A stretch of 63,457 nucleotides of DNA, the filler included, from Octopus bimaculoides (taxonomy: Eukaryota): assembly GCF_001194135.2 (NCBI RefSeq). It is 6 parts of 5 records of this genome, joined end to end, with 100 filler letters (N's around TTAATTAATTAA, not from the genome) between each part and the next. Parts side by side here need not be neighbours in the genome. Positions count along the whole stretch, not along the records: positions 20,544 to 31,061 come from NC_068984.1; positions 31,162 to 41,299 come from NC_068983.1; 4 more parts are not named here. The stretch is one strand, 5' to 3'. Below the pieces are notes generated by a model, which was not told the DNA's origin, did no database searches, and saw only the letters and a list, made by a program, of their open reading frames with translations. Of the stretch, positions 23,472 through 36,890 are shown piece by piece. The first letter of the stretch is position 1; every line of letters begins with the position of its first letter. The translations under genes were made by a program, and so were the position numbers.

Positions 23472-23789
23472 TGCGTACACACACACACACATATATATAA
23501 TATATATAAGACGGAAGATGTGTGTGTGTATGTGTGTGTGTGTGTATGAGACCGATCATTAGCTTGATCTCGCGTCAAATCAATATTTTTCTTCTGATTT
23601 CGTTCACGCTGGGCAAATACATCACTTATATTCCACAGATGGTTGTACACTCTTTAGACTTTCACTTATGGAGTAATATGGAGTTATGGAGTTTCTATGG
23701 TCAGAAACTCAGAAAATGGTCAGAAGCTGAGAAAACCCTTCTACAGTGGACAAGTAGCAGTCAGAAATTGATTGTCTCCCTTACACCCA

Positions 23790-23792
23790 AAG

Positions 23793-23826
<34 letters not shown>

Positions 23827-25147
23827 TTGACCGACCGTAACTCTTTGCAATGCCCGTTCACTGCAGACCGACCATATTTGCATATTAACACTTCCTGTAA
23901 TTCAAATATAATCTTAAGTAAAATTATTTTTTAATCCCTTCAGAAATTATTCCATATTATACATATGCTCTTACTCATACCAAGCTGTGACATTTATACA
24001 GTTTTTACAATGTCCATTCGCTAAAAACCACTAATATTTGCATGTTTGCACTTCCTTCACGTAACCCTAACAAGTTGTGACAGTTATAAAGTTTTGAACG
24101 TTGACGTCGTTACCGACCTCGATCAGGTTACACATTTCCAACTGAATTTCTCTACTCCCAAGATCCTCCAGGACTCCCTCCCCCCATGAACTTCACTTAA
24201 AAGTCGGTTGCCCTGTCATCCTCCTACGCAATCTATACGCACCCACACTATGCAAAGGAACTCGCCTTGTGGTCAAACAAACAATGGCCCACATCAATGA
24301 AGCCCAAATTATCACGGGACACGGCAAAAACGTTTTCATTCCACAAATTCCGCTCAGTTCCAACAGACTGCCTCTATCCTATGCGGAAACTTCAATTTCT
24401 TCTGAAACTCAGTTTCGCCATGACAACAAAGCACAGGGTCAGTCGCTGAAAGTTGTCGGATTGGACCTTCGAAAATCGTGCTTTTCACATGGACAGTTCC
24501 ACGTCGGTTGTTTCAGGGTTGGCCATCCAGACAACTTATTCATTTATGCTCCTGATGGAAAAACAAAAAAATATCGTATACAAAGCAGCCCTACAGTAGT
24601 TATTCCTCTACTGCATTCTTCACATCTACATCAGACTGTAGCCGTTAGCAATCAGACTTCCTGCAAGCATTTCATTGACGTTTTGCTTCATTTCCCTGAT
24701 TCCTGTTAACAGTACATTACCTTCAATGACCCTTCTTCACGCACGCTGTTCGCTCATAAGCATGCTCTGACATTTATTTTTGTACATGCCATTAATCTAT
24801 TTGCATGTTTGCTTAAATGTTTGCTTTTCTTTATCATACATGACGTCCATTGAAAAAAAGCTTCAATGCGGTTGTGTCAGGTGTTACGAGAAAAATAAGT
24901 ACATGATACAAAACGCTTCAAATAAGATATAGGATCCCTAGTGTCTACTGCAATTGCGACCTCATTCCATGGACTTTCATTTATTACTAAGTGCCATATC
25001 ATAAAACTGCTAACGAAAATGGTAATTATACATTTTACTCTGATAAATTGAAACGACTTCTAACTGTGGGCTAATTCAACTTAAACCGTCCACTGGAGGA
25101 CACCATTATAATAATTACACCGTCCAAAGGACGGGTGCATTTGCTAG
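23790..25147 (+). mobile_element. Helitron relic carrying the PIF1-helicase C-terminus
   Basis: At 24245-24600, frameshifted LCKGTRLVVKQ..EAQIITG..VFIPQIP, LKLSFAMT, NKAQGQSLKVVGLDLRKSCFSHGQ..APDGKTK. 3' end is a CCGTCC-AAA-GGACGG hairpin plus CTAG|T at 25144-25147. The 5' end is uncertain. Confidence 0.8.
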
Positions 25148-27894
25148 TATACACACACACACACACACACACACACAAATATATCGTCTATCTGGATGTT
25201 TTGTTGTCCCTTTTTTATATCACCTCACTGTCTGGATGTTTTAAGTTCTTGTCCCATTTTGTATTTTATATATATATATATATCGCGGCGTACGTACACT
25301 TTGGTCTCTTATATGTGAGTATATATTTATCTAAATCTTGTACGACTCTATTCTTTCTTTTATTCTTCCTTTCTTTCTATCAGCCCTTTCATGCTTACTT
25401 CGTTCATTCCACTCTTCGTTCTTTCGTTCCCCCTCTCCCACATTTCCTTGCCTTCTCTTCGTGCTCACTTTCCCTCCTCTTTTCACTGCACTGTGTCTCT
25501 GTTATATTTTCTCGTCCCTCCTTATTTCTTCTCTCCCTCTCCCTCTACTTCTCTCTCTTCTCTCTCCGCGTGACCGGTGTTCAGCCAAGCCTGATCTTTT
25601 TTCTTGGTTCGGCCGCTGTCCGTGTAACATCTATATTCCTTCCTGTGCCTGTGAAATCTTGTATCCCTGCCGTAAGGCTTTATTTCCACACACGCCAGCT
25701 CAATTTAATTCGTCCTTAGTCGAAAGACACATGTTATGTCCTGTTATTTGCATTTGTGTAACATTCTCCGTTTTTCTCCCGTTCTTGCTTTCGTATACAT
25801 TCGCTGCTTTCTTCCAAGGATTCTAATGCTTTTAGTTTAGTTTTTCCCCCGGGGCTGGCCAGATTGGAGCAATCTCGAGTATAACCAGCCGAAATTGCAA
25901 AAATAATCTGGAACTCGACTGAGGAAAGAAAACTTCGAATGACCCGTCCTTGTTTTCTTTGTATCGTCTATCTGGATGTTTTGTTGTCTCTTTTTTGTAT
26001 CACACCTAACTGTCTGAATNNNNNNNNNNNNNNNNNNNNNNNNNNNNNNNNNNNNNNNNNNNNNNNNNNNNNNNNNNNNNNNNNNNNNNNNNNNNNNNNN
26101 NNNNNNNNNNNNNNNNNNNNNNNNNNNNNNNNNNNNNNNNNNNNNNNNNNNNNNNNNNNNNNNNNNNNNNNNNNNNNNNNNNNNNNNNNNNNNNNNNNNN
26201 NNNNNNNNNNNNNNNNNNNNNNNNNNNNNNNNNNNNNNNNNNNNNNNNNNNNNNNNNNNNNNNNNNNNNNNNNNNNNNNNNNNNNNNNNNNNNNNNNNNN
26301 NNNNNNNNNNNNNNNNNNNNNNNNNNNNNNNNNNNNNNNNNNNNNNNNNNNCTGTAAACTTACATCGCAGACTTTTCAGTTTTTCACGGGTTTTTGCGGC
26401 CGAAAGGTAATTATACTTTTTCAGATTTTAATTATTTCTGCGGTAAAATAAGCATTTTCATGCCTAAAAATTAATAAATCAATAAATAAAAATACGGTGC
26501 AGTGCTGCACCGTATAACACATTGATTAAAATATATCAAAAGAAAATACGTAGCGTACCGTAGCTGCGTAAACAAAGAATCGCACATACTGTATGGAAAA
26601 CGAAACTCGGGAGGTGAGTGTGTGGTGTTGTTTGGCATTTATAATAAAATAAATATATACAAATTATAAAAACAATTAATAAAATATACAGTGCAGCACT
26701 GTTTCTACTTCGCGGATTTTCACCTATCGTGAGGGTGTTTTGGGACATAACACTCTTGATAGTCGAGGGATTACTGTATATATTTCAGGCACGCAGATAT
26801 ATTTTATTCTGAAATTCTGAATTCTTTTATTCGATAATTCGCTGTAATATGTTCCATTTTCTATTTTATTTCACTCACCTCCTGGAATTTTTAACCAAGT
26901 TTGTTGCCGAAGATGCTATATTATTTCTTATTTTCTTCCATTAAATCATTTAACAAGCTTTTTTTATATTTTCTACATGTTTCTCCAGAAATTCCAGTAT
27001 TATTTTCTAATTTTTCATCAATTCCTTGCTTCCTTTCTCCAATCTCTTTATACTTTCCCTTGTTGTATCCAGTTTTGGATCAGTTTTGTCCATTTTTCCA
27101 AACTCCATGATTTTACTTTTTTCTCTACATTTCTCTTCATATTTTTTTCTTCGTTGCTATTCGCATATTTCTACAACGGATTTCATTACTTCTATACATT
27201 TTCATTAAAATCACTTTACAGTCTTTTCGTTTCTGTCTGCCTCTATTGCTATTTTGTTTAGTATTGATCGATTCCAATGTCGGATTCTTCGTTTCTTATT
27301 TGGGTTGTTGCTGTCTAAATGGAATGAATTATATTAGTAAAACATATTTCTTCTTGAATTACAATTACTTTTCGATTCTTTCGCCAATATTTTGTTTTTC
27401 GTGTTCGATATAATTTATAATCCATTATCGAACTGGTATTAAATTTTTTCTCCTTCCAGATTTATTTAAATATTTCTTCATTATAATTCACAGACGAATG
27501 TAATAACATGTTTCTATAGGTATTACCAATGTTTATATTGCTATTAACAGCTGATAATCGAATTTATGTTGGTGCCTTCATTTCCTCTGCTATTGTTGCT
27601 ATCTTCTGTTGGAATATGGTTGGAGCTAGAACATTTCTCCAAATCCCTCAATATTTCAATATTTGCTTTTCTGTTTCTGTCGATTGTACATTATATATAT
27701 ATATATATATATATACATATATAATTATATATAGTTATATATAGTTGTATACATACAAATATACATACATATATATATACATTATTTATTTTTTAGAAGA
27801 GGTCACCACCCTTAAACCAATTCCAATACAATGATAAAGGACTCAATAAATGGATAAATGAATGGTGAATAGGAAGGTAGATACTCCTCTCTCT

Positions 27895-27901
27895 CTTTCC
27901 C

Positions 27902-27974
<73 letters not shown>
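27895..27974. repeat. (TATC)n microsatellite
   Basis: Direct run. Confidence 0.95.
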
Positions 27975-27975
<1 letters not shown>

Positions 27976-28389
27976 CTCACTAAAAAAACAAACAAAAACA
28001 ATATTCTCTTCTAACCCCCCCCCCGCAAAAAAAAAATTATATAAATGAACAAGCTGTTTGTGCACTCACATAATTTTATTTGATAAGTTCTAGAAAAGAA
28101 CGAAAGCGTTAATAATAATGAAGGAATAAAAGGATTTTTTCCCAAAATTCTGATTTTTTCTCAATATTCAATTTTTGCATATCACACCTAACACCACACA
28201 CACACACACATACACATACACACACATTATTTCATTCTTTTATTTGTTACAGCCATGCAGCTGCGGTCATGCTGGAGCACCGCCTTCATTTTGCACTTTT
28301 ACATATCATTCTTCTTTGACTGATTTCTTCAGGGTGTTAGGATTTCATATCATCACACCTATATGCGCTTTTCACTTGATTGCTGGCTA

Positions 28390-28800
28390 ATTTAGTGTAT
28401 GAAGAGGTTAGATATTGCTGCTCCCATTTGTACCACATACTGGGCCGTTGCTTCATCGGGTATCGTGGGAAGGAGAAGTCTAGTCCATGTCCACATTGTG
28501 TAGGTTTCTTAATTTTGTTTGGCATTGAAGCGTTTTACACCTTTAAACCCTAAGCTATTGCAGTATCTGGTCCTGACTTTAGTTGGTCGGATGGTACCTT
28601 TCGTACAATGCAATGGTGTGCAGTTCAGGCATTTGTATAACAGTTGACACCGAAATTAGTACCAGCCCTTCCAGAATTTTCCATATGTAGATTATTATAT
28701 ATTTGTCACATATTCGTGACAGAAATGTAACAATCTATTAATGGGAAATTTTATATAATATATATCTTAACAAAATGTCATCTCTCCTTAGGTTTGGAAA
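28390..28800 (-). mobile_element. Degenerate CR1/L2-like LINE 3' fragment
   Basis: Minus-strand relics YIIIYIWKILEGLV and SLGFKGVKRFNA; many stops. Confidence 0.55.
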
Positions 28801-30840
28801 CATTGCTCTGTATTTCGCATTCCTTATTGAACTTTCTTAAAAAAGACTATTTTGTTTATTTATGGTAAAAATGTTGATTCCATGCATGCAGCCAAATCTT
28901 GTGTGTTTCACGTCAAATTGTTCAATAAACGCTACAAAACGAATGTATTTCTTCTTTGGAGTTAATTTTCCATTCTTTGGTTCTTTCAGAGAATGTGTTG
29001 CCAGTTGAACCTCTCCATAAATCCTAACGCCTGGGAAAGCATCGTGTTTATTGTCTTCTATTATCGCCTATGTTGTTTCTGCATAATATTGATAGCCTAA
29101 TCGTTCTTCAACAGATGATTCAAGGTTATGAAAGGATATCAAGAAAATAGTCTCATTGACTATGGAGGAAATTTATTTGATACCTACTTTGTTGCTGAGA
29201 ACTTAAAAACTACGACTCAAGGCGCAAGATCATTTCCCTTGTTATCAATCTATCTTAATATTATTGACAAAGAAATATGTGATTATCTTTGCAAATATTT
29301 CCTTTGCTTTTATAAAAATAGCTGACTTTTCCTTAGTAGTCTAATTTGATGATGAAAAGATACTTCCTTCAGTTTTTTGGTTGATGACGACAATTCTAAA
29401 TTCAGTCTTTAAAGCTGTCTCAGTTTCTTCTTGAAAGCTTCTTTATATCGAAAAAAAACTAGTGTGTTTAACATTTCCAGTATATATACAAATGTGGATT
29501 GAAACCGGCTTTAATGTTTTGTCTCAGAGAAACTTCTCATAGAGACTTTTGAATAAAAAATACAGGGCTTCGCTCTGAACCCCTAGTGGATCATTAGACA
29601 CGCCGTTTCGACCTGATTCAGTCTCCCCAATAACGAACACACTGCATGTTCTGAACCATGTCAAAAATGCATGTTCCAATACAGAGGTCGGAGAAACAAA
29701 ATATTTACTGATTTTTTTTGTTTAGCTTTTTTGTTTAATTTAGTTTTTTTTGTGCAAAAACTAAATTAATAGGCATATTTGAAACAGCATTTGATTAAAA
29801 TACCGGTTATGAGACCACTTACTGAACAAGAAGTTCCGGGAACTCCATTTTGTGAGGCCTGAGTTTTACGTAAACGTGAATCAATAATACTAAACTAACT
29901 CTCTACTTGGTTGAATGCTGAATTTATGTAATGAGAAAGCAACTCTCATGCTTTTTTTAGTTACTGAACTTCCAGTTTCATGTATAAAAGAACAAGAAGA
30001 ACTAGTGTCTTTCTAATTGGTGAAAATTCTCTTGTAGGTTAGTGTGTCCCAGGCCTGTACTCATATTTAGCTTCTGACTACCATGGACATTTGAAGCAAC
30101 TGATCTTTGTTTAAAATTCTTGAGGAGACAAATTACTGATAAAACTTTCAAGCTTTTGCAAATGATGCGGTTATATTCATTAATTCATTCCCTCTAATCA
30201 ATTTATAGTATCATAGCTTTCATTAGCATCGACTCAATGAAAATTGGAACTGCAGAAAGTTTATTTCTATTGTACATTAAAATATATTTTAGGCGCATGT
30301 TCGAACGTTTACTAACTTCGCTATTCAGTTTGATTATATAATTAGATAGAATTTCCTTTAATGAATACTAAAGTTGAAAATAAACTCATCAAATACTTTA
30401 CAAATTGGAGACAAATATCTTCCTCTGCAGAAGAAGAACAACTCTGATCAGAATTCCAGTATATATGTTTCACTTAATTCTGTTGTCAATTAAATCAGAA
30501 TGTTTGTTTTCATATTTTTTTTTCTGTGTAGCGAAAACAAATTTACCAAAAGCCAGTCATTTCAAGTAGATTTCTCTCCTTTCAGGCACCCGAGAAGAAG
30601 ATCTCTAGAATCTTCATACAACGTACTAAAAATGTCGTCAGTGGTGGCCACGTTTAATTGTGGCCGTGAACTATAAGCAGTTGCCAATAGTGAAAACAAT
30701 TACTGGTATTGTGATCGAGCTAATGGTATGCCATTTGTGATTCAAGAGTAACGAAAACAAACAAATAACAAAAGAAGAATATAGAAACATTGAAAACAAA
30801 AATAGAAAAATAAAAAAAAATAAACGTAAAAAGTTGTGAT

Positions 30841-30983
30841 AGGCGCAGGCGTGGGGCTGTGTGGTAAGAACTTTCCTTCACAACCAGCGGCACCTTCAGC
30901 AGATATCTTCTGCTGTGGCCTCGGGCCGACCAAAGCCTCGTCAGTGGATCTGCTAGGCGGAAACGGAACGAAACCCACCATCG

Positions 30984-30985
<2 letters not shown>
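30841..30985 (+). mobile_element. tRNA-derived SINE 5' part, followed by (TATG)n
   Basis: GGCGCAGGCGTGG..CTGTGTGGTAAG..GGGCCGACCAAAGCC; same family as 20805. Confidence 0.7.
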
Positions 30986-31015
<30 letters not shown>

Positions 31016-31161
31016 TGTATGTATGTATGTATGTATGTATGTATATATATGTATATATATANNNNNNNNNNNNNNNNNNNNNNNNNNNNNNNNNNNNNNN
31101 NNNNNTTAATTAATTAANNNNNNNNNNNNNNNNNNNNNNNNNNNNNNNNNNNNNNNNNNNN

Positions 31162-34100
31162 ATCATGCATGCCAGAAGAACACTACTCTTCAGTAAGGGG
31201 TCTCTTTGGACCAAATGCACCAACCCAGGGGGCTCCTTTGACATGAGGAAATGGGTGCTTTTGACATTGTGGACTTACCTGACCTAGTTGGTTTCTTCAT
31301 CCTAGACATACTAAAAAAGAAATTCCTTTCAACTAGCTTTGGCCTCTACAGGGACAACACACTGGCAATATCAAGCAGGGCTAATGGCCACATGCTAGAT
31401 AGGCACAGAAAGGACTTCACAAGCACTATGAACTCCCTCGGACTGAAGGTAACTATAGAGACCAACCTGATAATGGTAGATTTCCTTGATGTGACCCTGG
31501 ACCTGGAATCAAGTGCCTATAGGCCCTTTAGGAAAGCAAATGAAAAGTTGTCATACATTAACACAGGTTTCTGCCATTCAGCCATAGTGTTCAGGAACCT
31601 AGTTAAGGGCGTCAGCAGGAGAATCTCCAGCTTGTCTTCAAGCAAAGAGATTTTTTATGCTGCTGCCCCTTACTACAACCAGGCTCTGGCTGCCAGTAGT
31701 TTCAAGGGTATTATTGGTTACATAACAGAACCTAATCACACCAAAAGTTTACATCGCCATTCTCTTTAAACGTTAAGACTAGAGTAGGTAAGCTCTTCCA
31801 GATGATGATAGTTACAGAGAGGGTCATAGCCCAACTAATTAGGGAGAGAGTTAGCCTAGATGAGATGTAGTTCGGTTTTATGCCAGGCAGAAGCACCACT
31901 GAGGTTATATTTCTGGTAAGGCAACTGCAGGAGGAATACCTAGCCAAAGATAAACCTTTGTACTTGGCTTTTGTTGACTTGAAGAAAGCCTTTAACAGGG
32001 TACCCCGATCCCTTATCTGGTGGTCAATCCAGAAACTGGGGATAGATGAGTGGCTGGTAAGAGCTGTACAAGCCCCATACAGGGATGCTGTCAGTAAGGT
32101 GAGGGTTGGCAATGAGTATCGTGAAGAATTCCAAGTAGAAGTAGGGGTTCACCAAGGATCAGTCCTCAACCCGCTCTTATTCATTGTAGTCCTCCAGGCA
32201 ATAACAGAAGAATTCAAGACAGGCTGCCCCTGGGAGCTCCTCTATGCCGATGACCTTGCTCTAATAGCCGAATCATTGCCAGAACTGGAATCATTGCAGA
32301 AGTTTAGGGTGTGGAAGCAAGGTTTAGAATCAAAGGGTTTTTAGGTTAACCTAGCAAAAATCAAAGTCTTAGTAAGTAGGAAGGCTGTCAGAACACAACC
32401 ACCTTCAGGTAGTTGGCTCGTCTCGATCTGTAGAAAAGGCGTGAGTAGAAACTCCATACGATGTGTCCGGTGTAAACTATGGACACAAAAGGTGCAGCAA
32501 TATCAAAGGAGGGTTAACCGGGAAAATAGATTTTGTGTGTGGCAGATGCACTGGGACAATAAACACTGAAGATGTACAGAAAACTGATTCCATCACATAC
32601 CAGGGTGAGAAACTAGAAGTAGTTAATAGCTTCTGCTACCTAGGCAACCAAGTTTGTAGTGGGGACGGTTACTCTGAGAGCGTAGCAACTAGAGTAAGAA
32701 TAGCCTGGGCAAAGTTCAGGGAGCTCCTACTTCTGCTGGCAACTAAGGGTCTCTCGCTCAGGGTGAAAGGTAGACTGTATGATGCATGTGTGCGAACTGC
32801 CTTGCTACACGGCAGTGAAACATGGGCCATGAATGCTGAGAACATGCGTAGGCTTGAAAGAAATGAAGCTAGTATGCTCGGCTGGATGTGTAATGTCAGT
32901 GTGCATACATAACAGAGTGTAAGCGCCCTGAGAGAAATGTTGGACATAAGAAGCATCAAATATGGTGTGCAAGAGAAGCGACTGCGCTGGTATGGTCACA
33001 TGTGACATATGAATGAGGAAAGCTGTGTGAGGAAGTGCCACTCTCTAACTGTAGAAGGAACCTGTGGAAGAGGTAGAACCAGGAAGATATGAGATGAGGT
33101 GGTGAAGCATGACCTTCGAACATTGGGCCTCACAGAGGCAATGACAGGAGACCGGGACCTTTAGAGATATGCTGGCAACTAAAGTGAGATCGCAGCCACG
33201 CATGTCCGGCCCTGTTAAGAATACCCTGATGCGTCGGGCAATATGATATGCTTGAGAAGACCTGTTGTGTCAAATAAGACCAATATCGTAGCTGGGGTTG
33301 GTGCCCCTGGATGACTCCCGTGCCGGTGGCACGTAAAAAGCATCATCCGAACATGGTCGATGCCAGGTCTGCCTGATTGGCTCCCAAGCCCGTGGGGCAG
33401 GTAAAAAGCACCAACAGATTGTGACTGATGCCAGTACCCCCAGACTGGCTCCTGTGCCGGTGACACATAAAAAGCACCATCCGAACGTGATCGTTGCCAG
33501 GCCCGCCTGACTGGTTCCTGTGTTGGTGGCATGTAAAAAGCACCCACTACACTCTCGGGGTTGTTGGCGTTAGGAAGGGCATCCAGCTGTATAAACATTG
33601 CCAGATCAGATTGGAGCCTGGTGCAACCGCTGGCTTTCCAGACCTCAGTCAAACCGTCCAACCCATGCCAGCATGGAAAACGGACGTTAAACGATGATGA
33701 TGATGACAGACACTTCCTCCGTACCAATAGATTCAACAAAATATTTAATAGACATACACTGAGATATTATCCTTTAGCTGTCACCTAATGTAAAAAGATT
33801 TTAGTAGGTAGGCCCAGACCCAAGGCTGAAGCAGGATGCTCATGCAGGGGTAACACAATTTGTCCACTAAACAGCCCCATGCAATAAGGAAACAGTTGTT
33901 TATAAGGCAGAAGTAACAGCAACAGGACCCAATGGACAACTGAGCATGTGGAAGTATGTGGAGGCAACGGAAGGCTCCTTCAGAACCCGTTTTAATAACC
34001 ACAAGTCCTCTTTCAACATCCCAGAGAGATGTAATACCACAACCCTAGCCAAGCATGTCTGGGCTTTGAAAGAAAGTGCCACGGAGTACAGCATATAGTG

Positions 34101-34250
34101 GAGGATCCTAGAAAGATGCAAATCATATTTCATTTACAAGTAGTGCAGATTATGCCAGGCTGGGAAGAGAGCAATTTTAAAAGGTACCCAATGCCCAGAT
34201 GTTTACCTGAATAGCAGAAGTGAGATGTTTAATTCTTACCCGTCTGAAAG
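31162..34250 (+). mobile_element. Decayed Penelope-like element (RT + GIY-YIG) interrupted by an RTE LINE
   Basis: Left part: IMHARRTLLF, MGAFD, GLYRDN, VDFLDVTLDL, PFSLNVKTRVGKLF. After the insert: DRHF..KIFNRHT, CSCR..CPL, VVYKAEV, TEGSFRTRFNNH, WRIL, CRLC, LNSRSE. Confidence 0.85.
31811..33704 (+). mobile_element. 5'-truncated RTE LINE (RT + 3' UTR + (GAT)n tail)
   Basis: FVDLKKAFNRV, GVHQGSVLNPLLF, LLYADDLALIA, YLG, LLHGSETWAM. The 3' UTR matches the short copies. GATGATGAT at both junctions. Confidence 0.93.
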
Positions 34251-35271
34251 GAAGTACAGTCTATCGTATCACCATGCTCCACAATGACTGCCTCAGCCTT
34301 CCGCAAACAACCTTCCACCAATGCCCTCGGGCCCAGTAAAAATAGTTTGACCAAAGCACACACTAATGCACCCATGTACACACACACATCCCTATAAGAC
34401 AGATACCCCACAAAATAAACTTCTACTACCCCCAACACATACGCCTTCACACAAATTGTACCCCCACTTATACAGAGACCCCACACACACATTACACACT
34501 GCACGCTAACATAAACCCCTCCCCCGACTTTATCCTTTACAGAAAGAAAACAGACCAAAGAACACAGCTACTAGCGGACTTTGTAGAAACTGATAACTGA
34601 CAACACCAGCTATGAACTGTCCTGGCTTTCTAGGAGGTGTGGATTGTGCTCGGAAAAATCCCTGTCTATTCTACTTACTAGGGAAAGAGTAATTAGTAAA
34701 CTAACGGAACGGAATGCACGATGCTTATACGCTAAGAGAGCGACCTTCACCCACTACAGCCCTGTAAACGCAGCACCCTTACTACCATAACTCACAAAGC
34801 ACTATGAACCCCGTACTAGGATTGCACTGACGGATATATCTGTCTATATCTTTTCTACTATAGGCACAAGGTCCTAGACCATTATATTAGCTGAACCTCT
34901 CGCTTCATGGCCCTCAACCTACCGACGGACCAACCGATTGGTCTATATTCCGTCAATCCTACTTTCCCAGCGACCAATCGACTGGTACATTTGTTTGCAT
35001 TTGCAATTTAATTGGATGCTCTATTTTAATGTTTCGTACAACTCACAATGTCACCGTGACACAGCTTGGAAAACAGGAAATAGATACCTTGAGATAATGA
35101 GAGAGCTTCTACTCTGTGAAATCGATCGATTTGTTAGAAATGGCAATCGAATTTCTCTACTCCCACATCATGCTTCCTCAAAATTAGAAAGACACATTTA
35201 ATACAAATCACTGAATTGAAGCATGGAAATGAAAGGATCTTTTCCGTTTGGCTGCCAGATTGTCAAACAGA

Positions 35272-36057
35272 TTATTACCTCCGCCAAGGAAGGAGGTTAT
35301 GTTTTCATCGGCGTTGGTTTGTCCGTCTGTGTGCAAAATAACTCAAAAAGTTGTCAACAGTATTTAATGAAACTTGCAGGAAAAGTTGGTAACGACAAAA
35401 GGAATAGATGATGAAATTTTGGTAGTGATCCGGGAATTTTTATGGATTCTTGAAGGATTTTTCATTTGTTATATTTACTTTACGTGAAGTATTACAATGT
35501 TACATTCTTTGATTATCTTCCTTGAAAACACATCGTTTCCACGTAACCTGTGGTGGCGTTGCTGTTTAGAGACAGTGTTGCTGATGACGATGGTCGAGAT
35601 AAGTATGAGAGGAGGATAAAATAGTATCGGTGGTTATAATGGCAACAGGAGCGGTGTGATGTGTGATGCTGAGGTGATGGTGGTAATAGTGGTGTTGATG
35701 ATAGTGTTAGTTGTGTGATGGTGGTATTGCAGTGGTTATACTGGTTGTGGTGGTGAAAGTGACTGTCAAGGTAACCGTCATGATAACATTGATGGCGGTG
35801 TATATGGTTGAAGTGGAAGCAATGACAATGCTGCTGGTGATGTTGGTGGTTGTGAACTGCTTCAGATGATTCCTGTTTTTAAAGGGGTTTTTATTTCTTA
35901 AAATCATATGGCTGTGTTATTTTTTTTTACCCGGGCCAATGAGGTTATGTCTTTGCCGGCGTTGGTTTGGGAAAATGGGCGATTTTCAGCATGCGTGTAT
36001 ATGGGTGGAAATGAGCTGCTTAGCGGAGGTCTGCGCTCTCTGAGTGCTTTTCTGGTT
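35272..36057 (+). mobile_element. Helentron/HINE (DINE-like) non-autonomous element
   Basis: Starts TTATTACCTCCGCCAAGGAAGGAGGTTATG; ends CTTAGCGGAGGTCTGCGCTCTCTGAGTGCTTTTCTGGTT (subterminal IR plus 3' hairpin). Confidence 0.7.
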
Positions 36058-36339
36058 TAATAAGTAACTTTTGAGTATTTACAAATTCGTTTGACTTATT
36101 CGGGATACTAAAACCTATTTTTGTATCTTTCCTCGAATTGCTTTGGCTTCTTTATTAATCCTGCAGATATATGAACCTGTTTCATCATAGGTATGCACAA
36201 TTCAGGCTTGTGGGGCTAAACAAATACATCTGTAGTGAAACTAACACCTCGATAGCCATTATATACAAAGAAGCCATCTTCTCTCGCTGTTATAAATATA
36301 TTCAAGTTCAGGCGTAGTAGAAAACATCTTTCCCTGTCA

Positions 36340-36890
36340 TCACATGACTAATTATTATTTGAAGCGGCAACTGCTTCGTACCGTTCCCGCCAGAACGCAA
36401 ACTGACCAATCACAGCTGCTAATAAGGTCACGTGATAGTGTTTTTCTAATACCTCTCTGGAGCCCCTATTTTGCTTTAAATAGCCTAAATTCAGCTGCAA
36501 AATTCGTCTCTTAGAGACCTGTTCCGTGTACCACACAGAGCAGCAGCAGCAGTTCCAGCGACGACATCAACAGCATCTCCAACGACGACTACCAGCATCG
36601 TCGCCGCCAGTCAACACGACACTACGACCACCACTATCGTCGCCGCCAGCGTCAACACCACTTCAACTACGAACTACAAGATTCGCCNNNNNNNNNNNNN
36701 NNNNNNNNNNNGACTTTCCACGTACACCAGCTACCAAACTACCGCGGCACATCTCTCTTCGATTCTGTTTGTGTGATTCATCTTCACCACGATAAATAAC
36801 AGACAAGAACCTAGCCTGCGACGAACATCTGTATTCCAGAACCCGGTTCGGCATGGAAGCCCTAACATCACGACGAGTGATCGCTCTGCC
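36340..36890. repeat. Unclassified LTR-like repeat
   Basis: CpG-rich, with CCAAT and TCACGTGA motifs, internal ACGAC/CAG-rich simple repeats and an AATA-rich signal-like segment; termini not defined. Confidence 0.3.

Noticed and set aside
29597-29630. Minus-strand hammerhead-like relic (GACTG aat CAGGTC GAAAC)
   Set aside because: The core is mutated (TTGGGGA instead of CTGANGA) and no stem I is present.
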